IMG/VR virus record: IMGVR_UViG_3300011339_000072
Coordinates: 1 to 28,410 of that record
From: a virus
Lineage: Duplodnaviria; Caudoviricetes
Direction: 5' to 3' (one strand)
Length of the DNA stretch: 28,410 bases
The translations under genes were made by a program, and so were the position numbers. A model generated the notes under the pieces. That model did not search any database and was not told where the DNA came from. It saw only the letters and a program-made list of their open reading frames with translations. Below are positions 8,207 to 16,999 of this stretch, piece by piece. How positions within the stretch are numbered: position 1 is the stretch's first letter; each line of letters begins with the position of its first letter.

Positions 8207-11200
8207 TTATGCGGGAAGATATTTGTCAGCGCGGCTATTGGCCGCTACTTTGTTTTTGCCTGTGGTCTTACCCCGTGCACGTTGTACACGATCCAGCATG
8301 GCATAAAGCTTCTTAGCGCCTGCATCTGTTGAGCCATTACCCAACTCAGACACGATGCGTGCAGGCACTACAAACTCACCATCGGCAAGGCGTGCGGGTT
8401 GTTGCTTGCGGCCAATGGTTGCAGGGATGCTGTCAGACACACCATCGCCGGGGCCTTTGAGCAAACGACCACCATCAGAGTAACCACCCAGCGTACCCAA
8501 TCCGCCAAGGGCGTAACCCGTAGCACCACCCATAGCCATATTCTTAGCGCGGTAGTTAAGTTTGCCACGAGAGTAATAACCACCTACAGCATCTACAGCA
8601 TCGGCGGCGGGGCCTATACTTTCTGACGCTGTCGTAGACGCGGGGCCACCGGCACCACCAACACCTCCGGGGCCAGTACCGCTACCACCACCTCCTCCAC
8701 CGCCATCACTACCGCCAGCACTGCTATTGTCTACCAACGTATTTATACCAGCCGCTTTATCGTCTTCTTTCTTCTTAGCGGCGGCTTTTGAGCCTGCGCG
8801 GAAGTCAGAATACACGCTTGACAGTGATCTTCCTGTGGCATCAGCAATCTGTTGTGCAGAAAGGTTGTTACTTATTGCCCAGTCGTACAAAGCTTGGCCA
8901 GACATGGGGGTATCTGTCAACGACTTCTTGATGTCGTTCAGTGACATGCTGTAAGTTACATTGCCTGCGGAATCACGTCCGGGGGCTACGTAGTCAGGAT
9001 TGACATCCATCTTGCCTGTGGCTTTGTTATAGATATACGGCAGGTTACCCCTTGCTGGGTAGCCCAGTACGGCTTCATCGTATGCTTCTGAAATCCGACC
9101 TACACCAGATTTAGTTGGGTACTTAGCGCCGCCTTTACCTGTAAGGTAATCATAAGCCGCTTTAGAATCCCCACCCATACGGTTGAGGTATTTGGCGTTA
9201 AATTCTTCAATTGTTTTAAATGTTGGAGATGTGTAGCCCAGACTGCCACCACCCTTGGTGTACGTATCCCGTAGGTTCTGAGAACCTGTAAAGCCACCAA
9301 CTGGGATGCCGGGGATACGTGGTGAAGTTGTGATCGTGCCGTTGGGATTAACCGTTGCTCCGCCACCAATTTGAGATGGGCCTGTGTTACCAGACACGCC
9401 TACGGGCAATGATGATGCTGGCGCTGTGTACAGGTCTGTGGGTACAGTTACGTTAGTACCTGTGTTCTGTGTAGCGTTGATTACGTCCGTGCCACGGCCT
9501 GTGGCTGTATTTGTATTTGTATTTGTGTTTGTATTAGTGGTAGTGGTGGTAGTTTTTTTTGCGGGTTCTTCCCACTTACGGCCTTCGTATTTACCATAGC
9601 GTTGATAGTGCGTGTACGCAATATCGTTAATGTCAAATTGTGGGTTTGCTGCAAGATAGGCTTTGCCTTCAGCAGAATTTATCCAAGCCCTTACATCAAC
9701 GTTCATTGGGTCTGCTAAATAATTTGCTGCTTTAGCCATATCAGCCGCAGGTATTTGAGACCCGCCGCTAAGTGGGCTTTTAATATCGTCGTCACTTATA
9801 CCGTATCTTGCTTGATGAGTATCAATTTGAGCTTGCGTTAAATTAGGAGTTGCAAACCCCTTCATAATATTTGATTGCATTCCGGCCAAACCACCAGCCC
9901 CGGGCATTTCACTCGCGTGGGACAGTGCGTACCGTGTTGCGTCGGAAATATTTGTGTTAGCAGTCAAGTATGGATTAACGTCTGCTGGTGTTAAACCGGC
10001 AGCTTTAATAGCGTTGTTGATGTCCGCCGCCGTTGCAAACGGGTTGTCTTGAATCCATTTGTTGATGTTCGCACCCACATTAACGTTATTTGCAGCGGCG
10101 TACGCTGCCCCAGCGGACGTTGCCCCAGCGGTATTTGTAGCACCGGTATTTGTAGCACCGGTGTTTAAAGCCGCAAGCCCTGTGGCCGCTGGGGGCGTAT
10201 ATGCGATACCAAATTCATCGGCTCGGCTAAGGTCAGAAGTTAACGGAACGCCGCTACCAGAATAAAGCATTCCGCTCGTGCCCGTGTTGTCTAACTTAAC
10301 ATACCCAGCGTTCCCAGTTGGGCTGGTGTACATCTGCGATGTCGCTGCTTTAGCTGCCGCTACGGGGTCAGCCGAACTCATGATAGAACCCCAGTCACGT
10401 GTGTCTTTGTTAGAGCCGACTACGCCATATAGCAAATTAGACGCTTCGGTAGGGTCGGTTATGCCCGTTTTGTCCATCCACTCTCTCATGTTGGGCATAG
10501 CACCGCCCACAGCGTAACCGGGTACGCCGCCTTCAGCCAAAGCCACGATACCGCCACCATCTTTGTAGCCACGGTACAGATCAGAATAACTGCGCCCGCT
10601 TGTGTTGTACACATTAGCGTCTGTACTGGCAACATCTACAAACTGACGGCCATCCCAACGTTTCTCACGGATTCTGCCGGGACTCATAGGTGTCGGTGCT
10701 TGTCCGGGAGTCGTTGTGCCAATATCGCTTAGTACGGGTAGTGCAGCGGCAGCAATTGGTTTCCAGTTTTGTTTTGCAAAAGCCATGGGGTCTTTTAAAG
10801 CTGCATCAAAACCTGTTGACAACATACCTGTTGTAGAAGGCGTTGCGCCTGCGGCAACTTTAGCACTGTCCGCCAATCGTGTTAAACCTTCAGCACCAAA
10901 ACCAGCATTTTGTTCAGCCAACATAGCGGCTTGCGAACCTGCGCCAGTAGCCGCTCCTTCTACACCCATTGCTGCTGCATTGCTAGCCGCTGTCCCTGCA
11001 CCCGCGCCTATTAAACCTTCCCCAATACCAAAGCCACCATACGCACCCAGCCCGGCCATGAGGCCCTTAGACAAACTGCCAGTAGCAATACCAGTGATAC
11101 CGCCCACAATAGCACTAGCGCCCATAGCAGAACTAACAAGACCAAAACCGGCGGGGCCAAGCGCAAAGCCTGCCAATATTGGCAACAAAGACTTCAGGAA

Positions 11201-11365
11201 GTTAGCTTCGGGTAAACCCGTATCAGGATTAACAGTCAGTGATCCGCCATGTTTCATGGCCAAAGCCTGCAACCCGTGGACTTCGCCGGGCGTCATGTGA
11301 ACAAGCATTGAATCGCCGTCGCGACCCTTGGACGCCATGTGATTGGCTAGTACGTGAAGGCTCAT
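8207..11365 (-). CDS. Putative ejection protein (1052 aa), multi-module, with tape-measure-like C-terminal motif
   Basis: N-terminal GRDGDSMLVHMTPGE...TVNPDTGLPE module, then a Gly/Ala hydrophobic segment, six hydrophobic-x-x-GG motifs, and C-terminal GPGDGVSDSIPA...LADGEFVVPA. GAGAGG RBS. Confidence 0.7.
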   Translation of the reverse strand: MSLHVLANHMASKGRDGDSMLVHMTPGEVHGLQALAMKHGGSLTVNPDTGLPEANFLKSLLPILAGFALGPAGFGLVSSAMGASAIVGGITGIATGSLSKGLMAGLGAYGGFGIGEGLIGAGAGTAASNAAAMGVEGAATGAGSQAAMLAEQNAGFGAEGLTRLADSAKVAAGATPSTTGMLSTGFDAALKDPMAFAKQNWKPIAAAALPVLSDIGTTTPGQAPTPMSPGRIREKRWDGRQFVDVASTDANVYNTSGRSYSDLYRGYKDGGGIVALAEGGVPGYAVGGAMPNMREWMDKTGITDPTEASNLLYGVVGSNKDTRDWGSIMSSADPVAAAKAATSQMYTSPTGNAGYVKLDNTGTSGMLYSGSGVPLTSDLSRADEFGIAYTPPAATGLAALNTGATNTGATNTAGATSAGAAYAAANNVNVGANINKWIQDNPFATAADINNAIKAAGLTPADVNPYLTANTNISDATRYALSHASEMPGAGGLAGMQSNIMKGFATPNLTQAQIDTHQARYGISDDDIKSPLSGGSQIPAADMAKAANYLADPMNVDVRAWINSAEGKAYLAANPQFDINDIAYTHYQRYGKYEGRKWEEPAKKTTTTTTNTNTNTNTNTATGRGTDVINATQNTGTNVTVPTDLYTAPASSLPVGVSGNTGPSQIGGGATVNPNGTITTSPRIPGIPVGGFTGSQNLRDTYTKGGGSLGYTSPTFKTIEEFNAKYLNRMGGDSKAAYDYLTGKGGAKYPTKSGVGRISEAYDEAVLGYPARGNLPYIYNKATGKMDVNPDYVAPGRDSAGNVTYSMSLNDIKKSLTDTPMSGQALYDWAISNNLSAQQIADATGRSLSSVYSDFRAGSKAAAKKKEDDKAAGINTLVDNSSAGGSDGGGGGGGSGTGPGGVGGAGGPASTTASESIGPAADAVDAVGGYYSRGKLNYRAKNMAMGGATGYALGGLGTLGGYSDGGRLLKGPGDGVSDSIPATIGRKQQPARLADGEFVVPARIVSELGNGSTDAGAKKLYAMLDRVQRARGKTTGKNKVAANSRADKYLPA
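9506..9553 (-). repeat. Low-complexity microsatellite encoding TTTTTT(NT)x5 linker
   Basis: Plus strand gtattt/gtgttt hexamers followed by gtg/gta triplets. Confidence 0.85.
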
Positions 11366-11393
11366 GGTTGCCTCTCAAAATGGGGGTTGGTCG

Positions 11394-11422
11394 ATAATAT
11401 CATGGTGGGAGCGCAGACACAA
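11394..11422 (-). promoter_or_regulatory. Putative sigma70-type promoter upstream of the ejection-protein block
   Basis: TTGTGT (11422-11417), 17 nt spacer, TATTAT (11399-11394), with an extended -10 TG. It lies about 30 nt before the ATG at 11365. Confidence 0.5.
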
Positions 11423-12047
11423 ATGAAAGTGTGGCTACGACGGAAGCTGTGGACGGTTTAGTTGGCGTGCCCGAAGCTGGGTATGTCTGGATTGTTACGT
11501 CTACATTAGTAGTTGACCAGTAGATTTGAACGTAGTCGCCTGCATTCATATTTAGGAAATAGTTCCAGCCTTTAATGTCGTGAAACGGGACACCCACACT
11601 TTTTCTAGCGGGCAGGCCAACTAAACCAGTTGAGCCAGTAATGTCCGTGCCGTTTTGCTTTAACCAAATAAAAACATCTTGGGGTGCGTTATCTAAGTTT
11701 TGCAACTGCACACTAAACTGCAAGTTGTAGATACCTGCGTTTGCCACTGTTATTTTTGAACCCGTTTGAAGCGATACCTCGTTAGAGAAGTCCGTTACAG
11801 ACAACGCTATCAGCGTAGCGGTGTTAACAGTGGTTGTTTGGTCTGTAAAGTCAGAAAAAGCTCCATACGGAAACGCTAAGTACTTACCGCCCGCATTGCC
11901 TGTAATCTCGGTAAGAGCATTTTGTATTTGGTTAAAGTACAGACGTAAGATATTGGTAAACTGATCTTGGTAACGGCGTTCGTACTTATCCGTGCCCAGC
12001 GGTAAACTAGGTGGAGATGGGTTAATCAAGCGGTTGTTTGTTGTCAT
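11400..12047 (-). CDS. Putative tail-associated protein with C1q/BclA-like beta-sandwich C-terminal domain (215 aa)
   Basis: Short helical N-terminus (QFTNILRLYFNQI), then PYGAFSD...SKITVANAGIYNLQFSVQL...NAGDYVQIYW, a pattern resembling trimeric jelly-roll domains. Directly follows the tail hub gene. Confidence 0.5.
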   Translation of the reverse strand: MTTNNRLINPSPPSLPLGTDKYERRYQDQFTNILRLYFNQIQNALTEITGNAGGKYLAFPYGAFSDFTDQTTTVNTATLIALSVTDFSNEVSLQTGSKITVANAGIYNLQFSVQLQNLDNAPQDVFIWLKQNGTDITGSTGLVGLPARKSVGVPFHDIKGWNYFLNMNAGDYVQIYWSTTNVDVTIQTYPASGTPTKPSTASVVATLSFVSALPP

Positions 12048-14158
12048 TAACGCCTGCCGTCAGGTCTGATGTCAATACGTGGTGCGCCTAGTTGCCATGT
12101 TGTATTAACTTGGTTTGAACTAATCTTAAAGATCATCTGGCGACCACGCATACGTGTAAATATTGTGCCAGTGAACTGTTCTGTAATGACGTATGTACTA
12201 CTTTTAGCTACAGGTTGTGAGGCCGTACTTGTAACCCCAGAGCCAGAGTTAGCCAGTCCTTGCAGAGTCATTGACACCGAAGGCAAAGCGCCTGCGGGAG
12301 TGCTCGTAGCGTTTCCAAAAGTCAAGTCAGGTAAGACGCGCCACACAAAACCAAAGTTATGGCCGTCACCAATATCAAACTCAGACGAGCTAATGTAAGC
12401 ATCAATTGCAACAGCGGTGCCGGTCGTATTGTCATTTAAACCTGTTTCGTGGTTAATCAGGTTGCCTGTTAGCGTAGCCGTAGTGTAGTTCGCCGCAATA
12501 GGAACAGACTGCAAACCGGAGTCAAGCCAAGCAGTACGAGACATAGTGCCGTAGTACCAGATTTTTTCCATATAGTTGTAGATAACGTACTTGTCAATGG
12601 CCGACGCGTTGGCTGAACAGTAGAACCACCAGACCTCATTAAAGCCCTCGTTTGTGCCAGCAAACACTTGTAGTGCTTGCTCTTGGTTAAGGTCGCCAAA
12701 CACAAAGCGGCGCAGGTCGCAGTTTAAAGTATTTACACGGCCATCGTAGGAGTAGAACTTGTCCACACCCATCCAGTACACAATACCTGAAGCAATTACA
12801 GCCGCGTTAGGCCCCATGATTGAGATGTTATCACCGAGGAGTTGTGGCACCCAGACATATGGGGGGCCAAGGTACTGAAGCGAATATATGGCCGAGTCGG
12901 TAAACATCACAACTTCTTGACGAGTCTGAATCGTAGCCACAATCTCAGAGCCGTGAGAAATACGTATAAACCCCGCTTGATTAGTTGGGTCAGGTGTCCA
13001 GTTGTAAATATCGTCTTGCGCTGACCAGCGAATCAGCATGGGGTCAAGCACGCTCGAGCCATAGTCGTTACAGCCAAACGCAATTACAAAGCGTGATGTG
13101 TCAGAAACGGTCATGTTGTTCTGCACAGTTGGCACATCCACAATCAGGGATATATATACTCCTGTGCCCGTGGAAGTAGTATTAACCGCGTTGCCTGCGC
13201 TGTCTAAAAGCTTGAATGTCAACCCGTTAACTTCAAATACGTAATACGTAGTAGCCGCAGAGATGCCTGTAGGTAAAGATGTGGTGGCCGCAAACTGAAG
13301 CGCAGCGCCTTCTGTAAACAAAACAGTTGAAGTCACCACAGTCGGTGAAGCGTTGGTAAACGTTACATTACCGCCAAGCGAGTTGAGTAATACGCCCCGA
13401 GTAGTAACGCCGTTGTTGGCAGTCCAGTAGTAAATACCGCCTGTGCGGGGGCCATACACTAAGTCTTGGCCGTAGTTAATCTGGTTCCACAAACGCAGGG
13501 CAGACGTAGATGTCCCGCCGTTACCCCATGTTGTAGCCGCCTGACCCCAAGTACCAGCACCCCAACCAAGAAGCGGGACAGGAATAGCAGGGCCAACATT
13601 GATTTGGTATGTGGCTACAACAGAAGCACCACCTCCGCCAGTATCCGATGCGTTGGCTGTAGCCGAGGCTGTAAACGTGTAACTGTTAGCGTCAATAACA
13701 TTTAAGATTTGGTACTGTGCGTTTAATACCGTAGCCGTAATATTCCCACCAAGGCTAACAGCGCCACTGAACGTAACAAAATCTCCTGTCAGTGCGCCAT
13801 GCGATGTGTCTGTAACGGTGATTACAGCAGAGCCATTTGTAGCTGCAAACGGATTGTTGTTGATTGTGGAAGTTGCGCGGATAGGCGTGATGTCGTAGTA
13901 AAGCCCGCCTTGATTGATGTAGAACTTAAGGTTTGTGCCAACGCCAACCAGATTATCGCCACCCAGCGTTACCCAATTCCACAATGAACGGCATACGCCT
14001 TGGAAATAAGCAGCAGAGAAAGGTTGCCAGCCACCGATTACTTCGGGATTACCCTGACGAAAGCGTACCTTGTCGGCCTCGTACCAACCACCCTCGGTGG
14101 TGTAGCGGGTGTTCTCTTTATTCACCCCCGGCTTGAACAGGATTTTTTGTAATGGCAT
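12047..14158 (-). CDS. Tail hub/nozzle (P22 gp10-like DNA stabilization / T7 gp12-like) protein (703 aa)
   Basis: Likely start MPLQKILFKPG at 14158, just after the endolysin stop. Beta-rich, with IRWSAQDD, VYWMGVDKFYSYDG, EVWWFY and C-terminal RIDIRPDGRR typical of podoviral beta-propeller tail hubs. Confidence 0.7.
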   Translation of the reverse strand: MPLQKILFKPGVNKENTRYTTEGGWYEADKVRFRQGNPEVIGGWQPFSAAYFQGVCRSLWNWVTLGGDNLVGVGTNLKFYINQGGLYYDITPIRATSTINNNPFAATNGSAVITVTDTSHGALTGDFVTFSGAVSLGGNITATVLNAQYQILNVIDANSYTFTASATANASDTGGGGASVVATYQINVGPAIPVPLLGWGAGTWGQAATTWGNGGTSTSALRLWNQINYGQDLVYGPRTGGIYYWTANNGVTTRGVLLNSLGGNVTFTNASPTVVTSTVLFTEGAALQFAATTSLPTGISAATTYYVFEVNGLTFKLLDSAGNAVNTTSTGTGVYISLIVDVPTVQNNMTVSDTSRFVIAFGCNDYGSSVLDPMLIRWSAQDDIYNWTPDPTNQAGFIRISHGSEIVATIQTRQEVVMFTDSAIYSLQYLGPPYVWVPQLLGDNISIMGPNAAVIASGIVYWMGVDKFYSYDGRVNTLNCDLRRFVFGDLNQEQALQVFAGTNEGFNEVWWFYCSANASAIDKYVIYNYMEKIWYYGTMSRTAWLDSGLQSVPIAANYTTATLTGNLINHETGLNDNTTGTAVAIDAYISSSEFDIGDGHNFGFVWRVLPDLTFGNATSTPAGALPSVSMTLQGLANSGSGVTSTASQPVAKSSTYVITEQFTGTIFTRMRGRQMIFKISSNQVNTTWQLGAPRIDIRPDGRR

Positions 14159-14160
14159 TT

Positions 14161-14604
14161 TTAGTCCAGCAATGCGCACTCAGCAGTGCGCCGTTTAAGC
14201 AAGCCCGGCAACACCTTGCCGCCGCCTTTAGTCCAGAGCATCAGTTGTTCTTTTGCTCCTTCCCAATCATTGGCGTTGATTTTCCTCTTTAACGTAGATG
14301 TTTGCAAGCGGCCTGTGCCCAAATTATAAGCAAAGTCCACGATGGCGTTGCACTTACGTACGTCTGTAATCAGGCCGGGACAGTTACGCAGAACACCGGG
14401 TAGGTACGTGTGTTCAAGCTCAATCATTAAAAGGGTGTGAGCCTCTTCCTGACTCATTGGCGCGTCTTCTAAAGTCACCTTGCGTTTGTCTGCGTAGTAG
14501 GTAGAACCATAGCCAATCGTGGCTACGTTGGCAGGGCAAAGATACGGCTTGGAGCGAAAACCCTCAAACCGTCTGCACATCTCTGCGGCTAGTTCTAAGT
14601 TCAT
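14161..14604 (-). CDS. Endolysin, phage lysozyme (GH24/T4-lysozyme-like)
   Basis: FEGFRSKPYLCPANVATIGYG (E-x8-C-x5-T), AIVDFAYNLG, STLKRKIN, WTKGGGKVLPGLLKRRTAE. Confidence 0.93.
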   Translation of the reverse strand: MNLELAAEMCRRFEGFRSKPYLCPANVATIGYGSTYYADKRKVTLEDAPMSQEEAHTLLMIELEHTYLPGVLRNCPGLITDVRKCNAIVDFAYNLGTGRLQTSTLKRKINANDWEGAKEQLMLWTKGGGKVLPGLLKRRTAECALLD

Positions 14605-15092
14605 AGCCCGCGCTGCTTCAGAGTTCTATCGAGGAACCAATAGTTAATTGTTCCAGCCAAGAGTGCCGAGAAGTCAGGCGACATCATCATCTTGAAGACT
14701 TCCATAGGGGAAGCGCCTGCAATCCATGAGTTCCAACCAAACCACAAATGCACAAAAGACCAGACCAAAAGAATCCAGTATGTAACGACAGGGCGAACAG
14801 ATGCAGACAAACTAGCCGCCCAACCACCAGCAGCTTTGACCATTGTGGCTTGTTGCTCTATTGCAGAGTTAAAGGCGTCCATTACACCTACGTCAACAGC
14901 AGCTTCACGCTGCGCTCCAATCTCAGCCAGTTTCATCTGACCTCTGATTTGCTCTAGTTCACACTGACGGGAGAACATTGCCATCTCGTGCATGCGCTCG
15001 TTCTTCTTGTCAAAGAACTTGAGAACTTCTGGAGCCAAGCGAAAAATACCGCCTAGCGCCCCACCCAATATTCCACCAAATACTTCAAACAT
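14601..15092 (-). CDS. Putative holin-like membrane protein (about 3 TM segments)
   Basis: Hydrophobic N-terminus, SVRPVVTY motif, two further TM segments ending YWFLDR. Overlaps the endolysin start. Resembles the 3-TM GTA-holin-like family. Confidence 0.6.
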   Translation of the reverse strand: MFEVFGGILGGALGGIFRLAPEVLKFFDKKNERMHEMAMFSRQCELEQIRGQMKLAEIGAQREAAVDVGVMDAFNSAIEQQATMVKAAGGWAASLSASVRPVVTYWILLVWSFVHLWFGWNSWIAGASPMEVFKMMMSPDFSALLAGTINYWFLDRTLKQRGL

Positions 15093-15094
15093 AA

Positions 15095-15379
15095 TTATTC
15101 CTTACAAGTTTTTGATTTGTCGTCATTTTGCATGAGTTTGATACCAGACAGGAATCCAATCATGCCGCCGATAAGAGTAGAAAAAGCGGGTGAAATCATC
15201 TTAAATATTTCTGCGTTGTCCACTTCCTTGGCCCACAAACCTAACATGAAGCTGATTACCATAGCCAATACAGAGATGCACAGGGTCGTGCTTACCATAA
15301 GGGTGACCCACAGCGTCAGCTTGTCCTTGGTGTCCGGCGCAGGTTTCCTGACTGGTCTGGGTGGTGGTTTTCTGGTCAT
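15095..15379 (-). CDS. Two-TM membrane protein (holin/antiholin candidate)
   Basis: Basic N-terminus, two hydrophobic segments (LWVTLMVSTTLCISVLAMVISFML; AFSTLIGGMIGFLSGI). Located in the lysis cassette. Confidence 0.55.
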   Translation of the reverse strand: MTRKPPPRPVRKPAPDTKDKLTLWVTLMVSTTLCISVLAMVISFMLGLWAKEVDNAEIFKMISPAFSTLIGGMIGFLSGIKLMQNDDKSKTCKE

Positions 15380-15615
15380 ACAAGTTTGTCAATCTCGCGT
15401 TTAAGGTTTGTGATGTCAATGTTTACCGTTATCTGCCGCATCCTGTATTCATAAATTTCATACTCATACTGGTGAAACTTTTTTACCTGCTTGTCCACTT
15501 GTACTTGCACCGCACGTTCAGCGTCCAGCTTCTCTACCCGCTTGGCAAACACTTCTGCTTGCACATTGGCTTGGGGCTGGACAATCGGATACCACTTGTC
15601 GTAGCTGATCTTCAT
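15376..15615 (-). CDS. Hypothetical protein (79 aa, coiled-coil-like)
   Basis: 4-nt ATGA overlaps with both neighbours suggest translational coupling. Confidence 0.65.
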   Translation of the reverse strand: MKISYDKWYPIVQPQANVQAEVFAKRVEKLDAERAVQVQVDKQVKKFHQYEYEIYEYRMRQITVNIDITNLKREIDKLV

Positions 15616-15899
15616 TTCTTCTCTCGCTCAAGTGCATTTTTGTATCCATGAATGACTTTAGTTCTGAGTTCTGCTGAATCCGCCGCGCCCGCCCACTCTG
15701 ACAAGTTGTTCCATATCGCCACATAATCTTGGCTTCGGCAAAACTTTGCATTGTTTGTTAACCACACGGACATCTGCTGATGGCGCTCTGAAGGGTTGTG
15801 GATTGTCCAAGCAATTGACCAGAACTCGCGCACATGGCAGCCATTCTTGGCTACGGCTCCAACTAGCCCCAACAGTAGTAACAGAATGAGCCAACGCAT
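15612..15899 (-). CDS. Hypothetical exported protein with signal peptide (95 aa)
   Basis: MRWLILLLLLGLVGAVA signal-like N-terminus and two Cys. Coupled to neighbours. Confidence 0.65.
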   Translation of the reverse strand: MRWLILLLLLGLVGAVAKNGCHVREFWSIAWTIHNPSERHQQMSVWLTNNAKFCRSQDYVAIWNNLSEWAGAADSAELRTKVIHGYKNALEREKK

Positions 15900-15902
15900 T
15901 TA

Positions 15903-15995
15903 TCACACCATACTCCATGCAATTATGTACGTGCCATAGATGACGAAGGCCACTATACAGGCCGCCGCAATGAATGCTTCAGCCCAGTCCCACAT
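15903..15995 (-). CDS. 30-aa single-TM peptide (not in ORF track)
   Basis: MWDWAEAFIAAACIVAFVIYGTYIIAWSMV* fills the gap between 15998 and 15899 almost exactly. Confidence 0.55.
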   Translation of the reverse strand: MWDWAEAFIAAACIVAFVIYGTYIIAWSMV

Positions 15996-15997
15996 GG

Positions 15998-16999
15998 CTA
16001 GACCGTCACGGTTCCTGTGCCAGAGGTAAACGTATAAATGGTGTTACCGCCAGAAGTTGTCAGGGTGTAATTTAAGCCAACATCAATAGATGTTAAATTA
16101 GCAAATGTTGATGAGTAAGAAATAATAACTACGCCTGAACCACCAGCACTTCCATTTAAAGCAACTTGCGAACTTGTGCCAGATGCCGCACCACCTCCTC
16201 CGCCTGTATTTACAGTTCCCGCAGTTCCACTACTATTGGGTGATGTGCCGCCCGTACCACCACCGCCAGAACCTCCAGCACCACCAGCATACGACCCTCC
16301 ATTACTTGAACCACCGCCACCGCCACCGCCACCTCTGGTTACGGATGTTCCAGTAATGCTTGATGCCGTTCCTGCTCCACCTGCTGCGCCTACTGCGCTA
16401 CCTGAAGTTGAGCCAACAGCACCAGCACCACCTCCACCGCCTCCAGATTGACTGCCCCCAGTACCGCCATTATTTCCTTGAGATGGAGATGTGGATGGGG
16501 AGTTGCCAGAGCCACCACCATTGCCATTTGTGCCGCCTCCGCCAGAACCGCCAGAACCTACTGTGTATGGTTGTGTTGCACCATTACTGCCACCGCCACC
16601 GCCAGTAGATGTAATAGAAGAAAAAACAGAATTAAACCCTTGCCCTCCAAAACTACCGCCAGTTTGATTTACTGTGCCACCAGCACCAACTGTTACAGTA
16701 AATGATGCGCCAATAGCAAAAGATGCGCCTGTCCTGTAACCACCTGCGCCACCACCGCCGCCTCCGTCATACCAATATGTTCCAGCCGTTCCTGAACCAC
16801 CACCGCCACCGCCAGCAATAACAAGGTAATTGACTGATGATGGAGGAGCAACATTACCCGCTGTGGGCCATTGTCCTAGTTTGGCATACGCGGCTTGTTG
16901 GTCAAGCGTCCAAATACCTGAAGCTGTGCTTGTTTGGTACGGGCCACTAGGCACTACGGGTGTCTTAGTAATTAAACCACCCGGATACTGCTTAGACAT
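15998..16999 (-). CDS. Glycine-rich virion adhesin/fibre-tip-like protein (333 aa)
   Basis: YLVIAGGGGGG...GGGGAGG, NTGGGGG and GGSGVVII pattern of phage glycine-rich domains. N-terminal YPGGLIT and SGIWT...WP tags. Confidence 0.75.
   Translation of the reverse strand: MSKQYPGGLITKTPVVPSGPYQTSTASGIWTLDQQAAYAKLGQWPTAGNVAPPSSVNYLVIAGGGGGGSGTAGTYWYDGGGGGGAGGYRTGASFAIGASFTVTVGAGGTVNQTGGSFGGQGFNSVFSSITSTGGGGGSNGATQPYTVGSGGSGGGGTNGNGGGSGNSPSTSPSQGNNGGTGGSQSGGGGGGAGAVGSTSGSAVGAAGGAGTASSITGTSVTRGGGGGGGGSSNGGSYAGGAGGSGGGGTGGTSPNSSGTAGTVNTGGGGGAASGTSSQVALNGSAGGSGVVIISYSSTFANLTSIDVGLNYTLTTSGGNTIYTFTSGTGTVTV

Noticed and set aside
6365-9553. CRISPR-like array
   Set aside because: The repeats are short in-frame coding tandem repeats without spacers.
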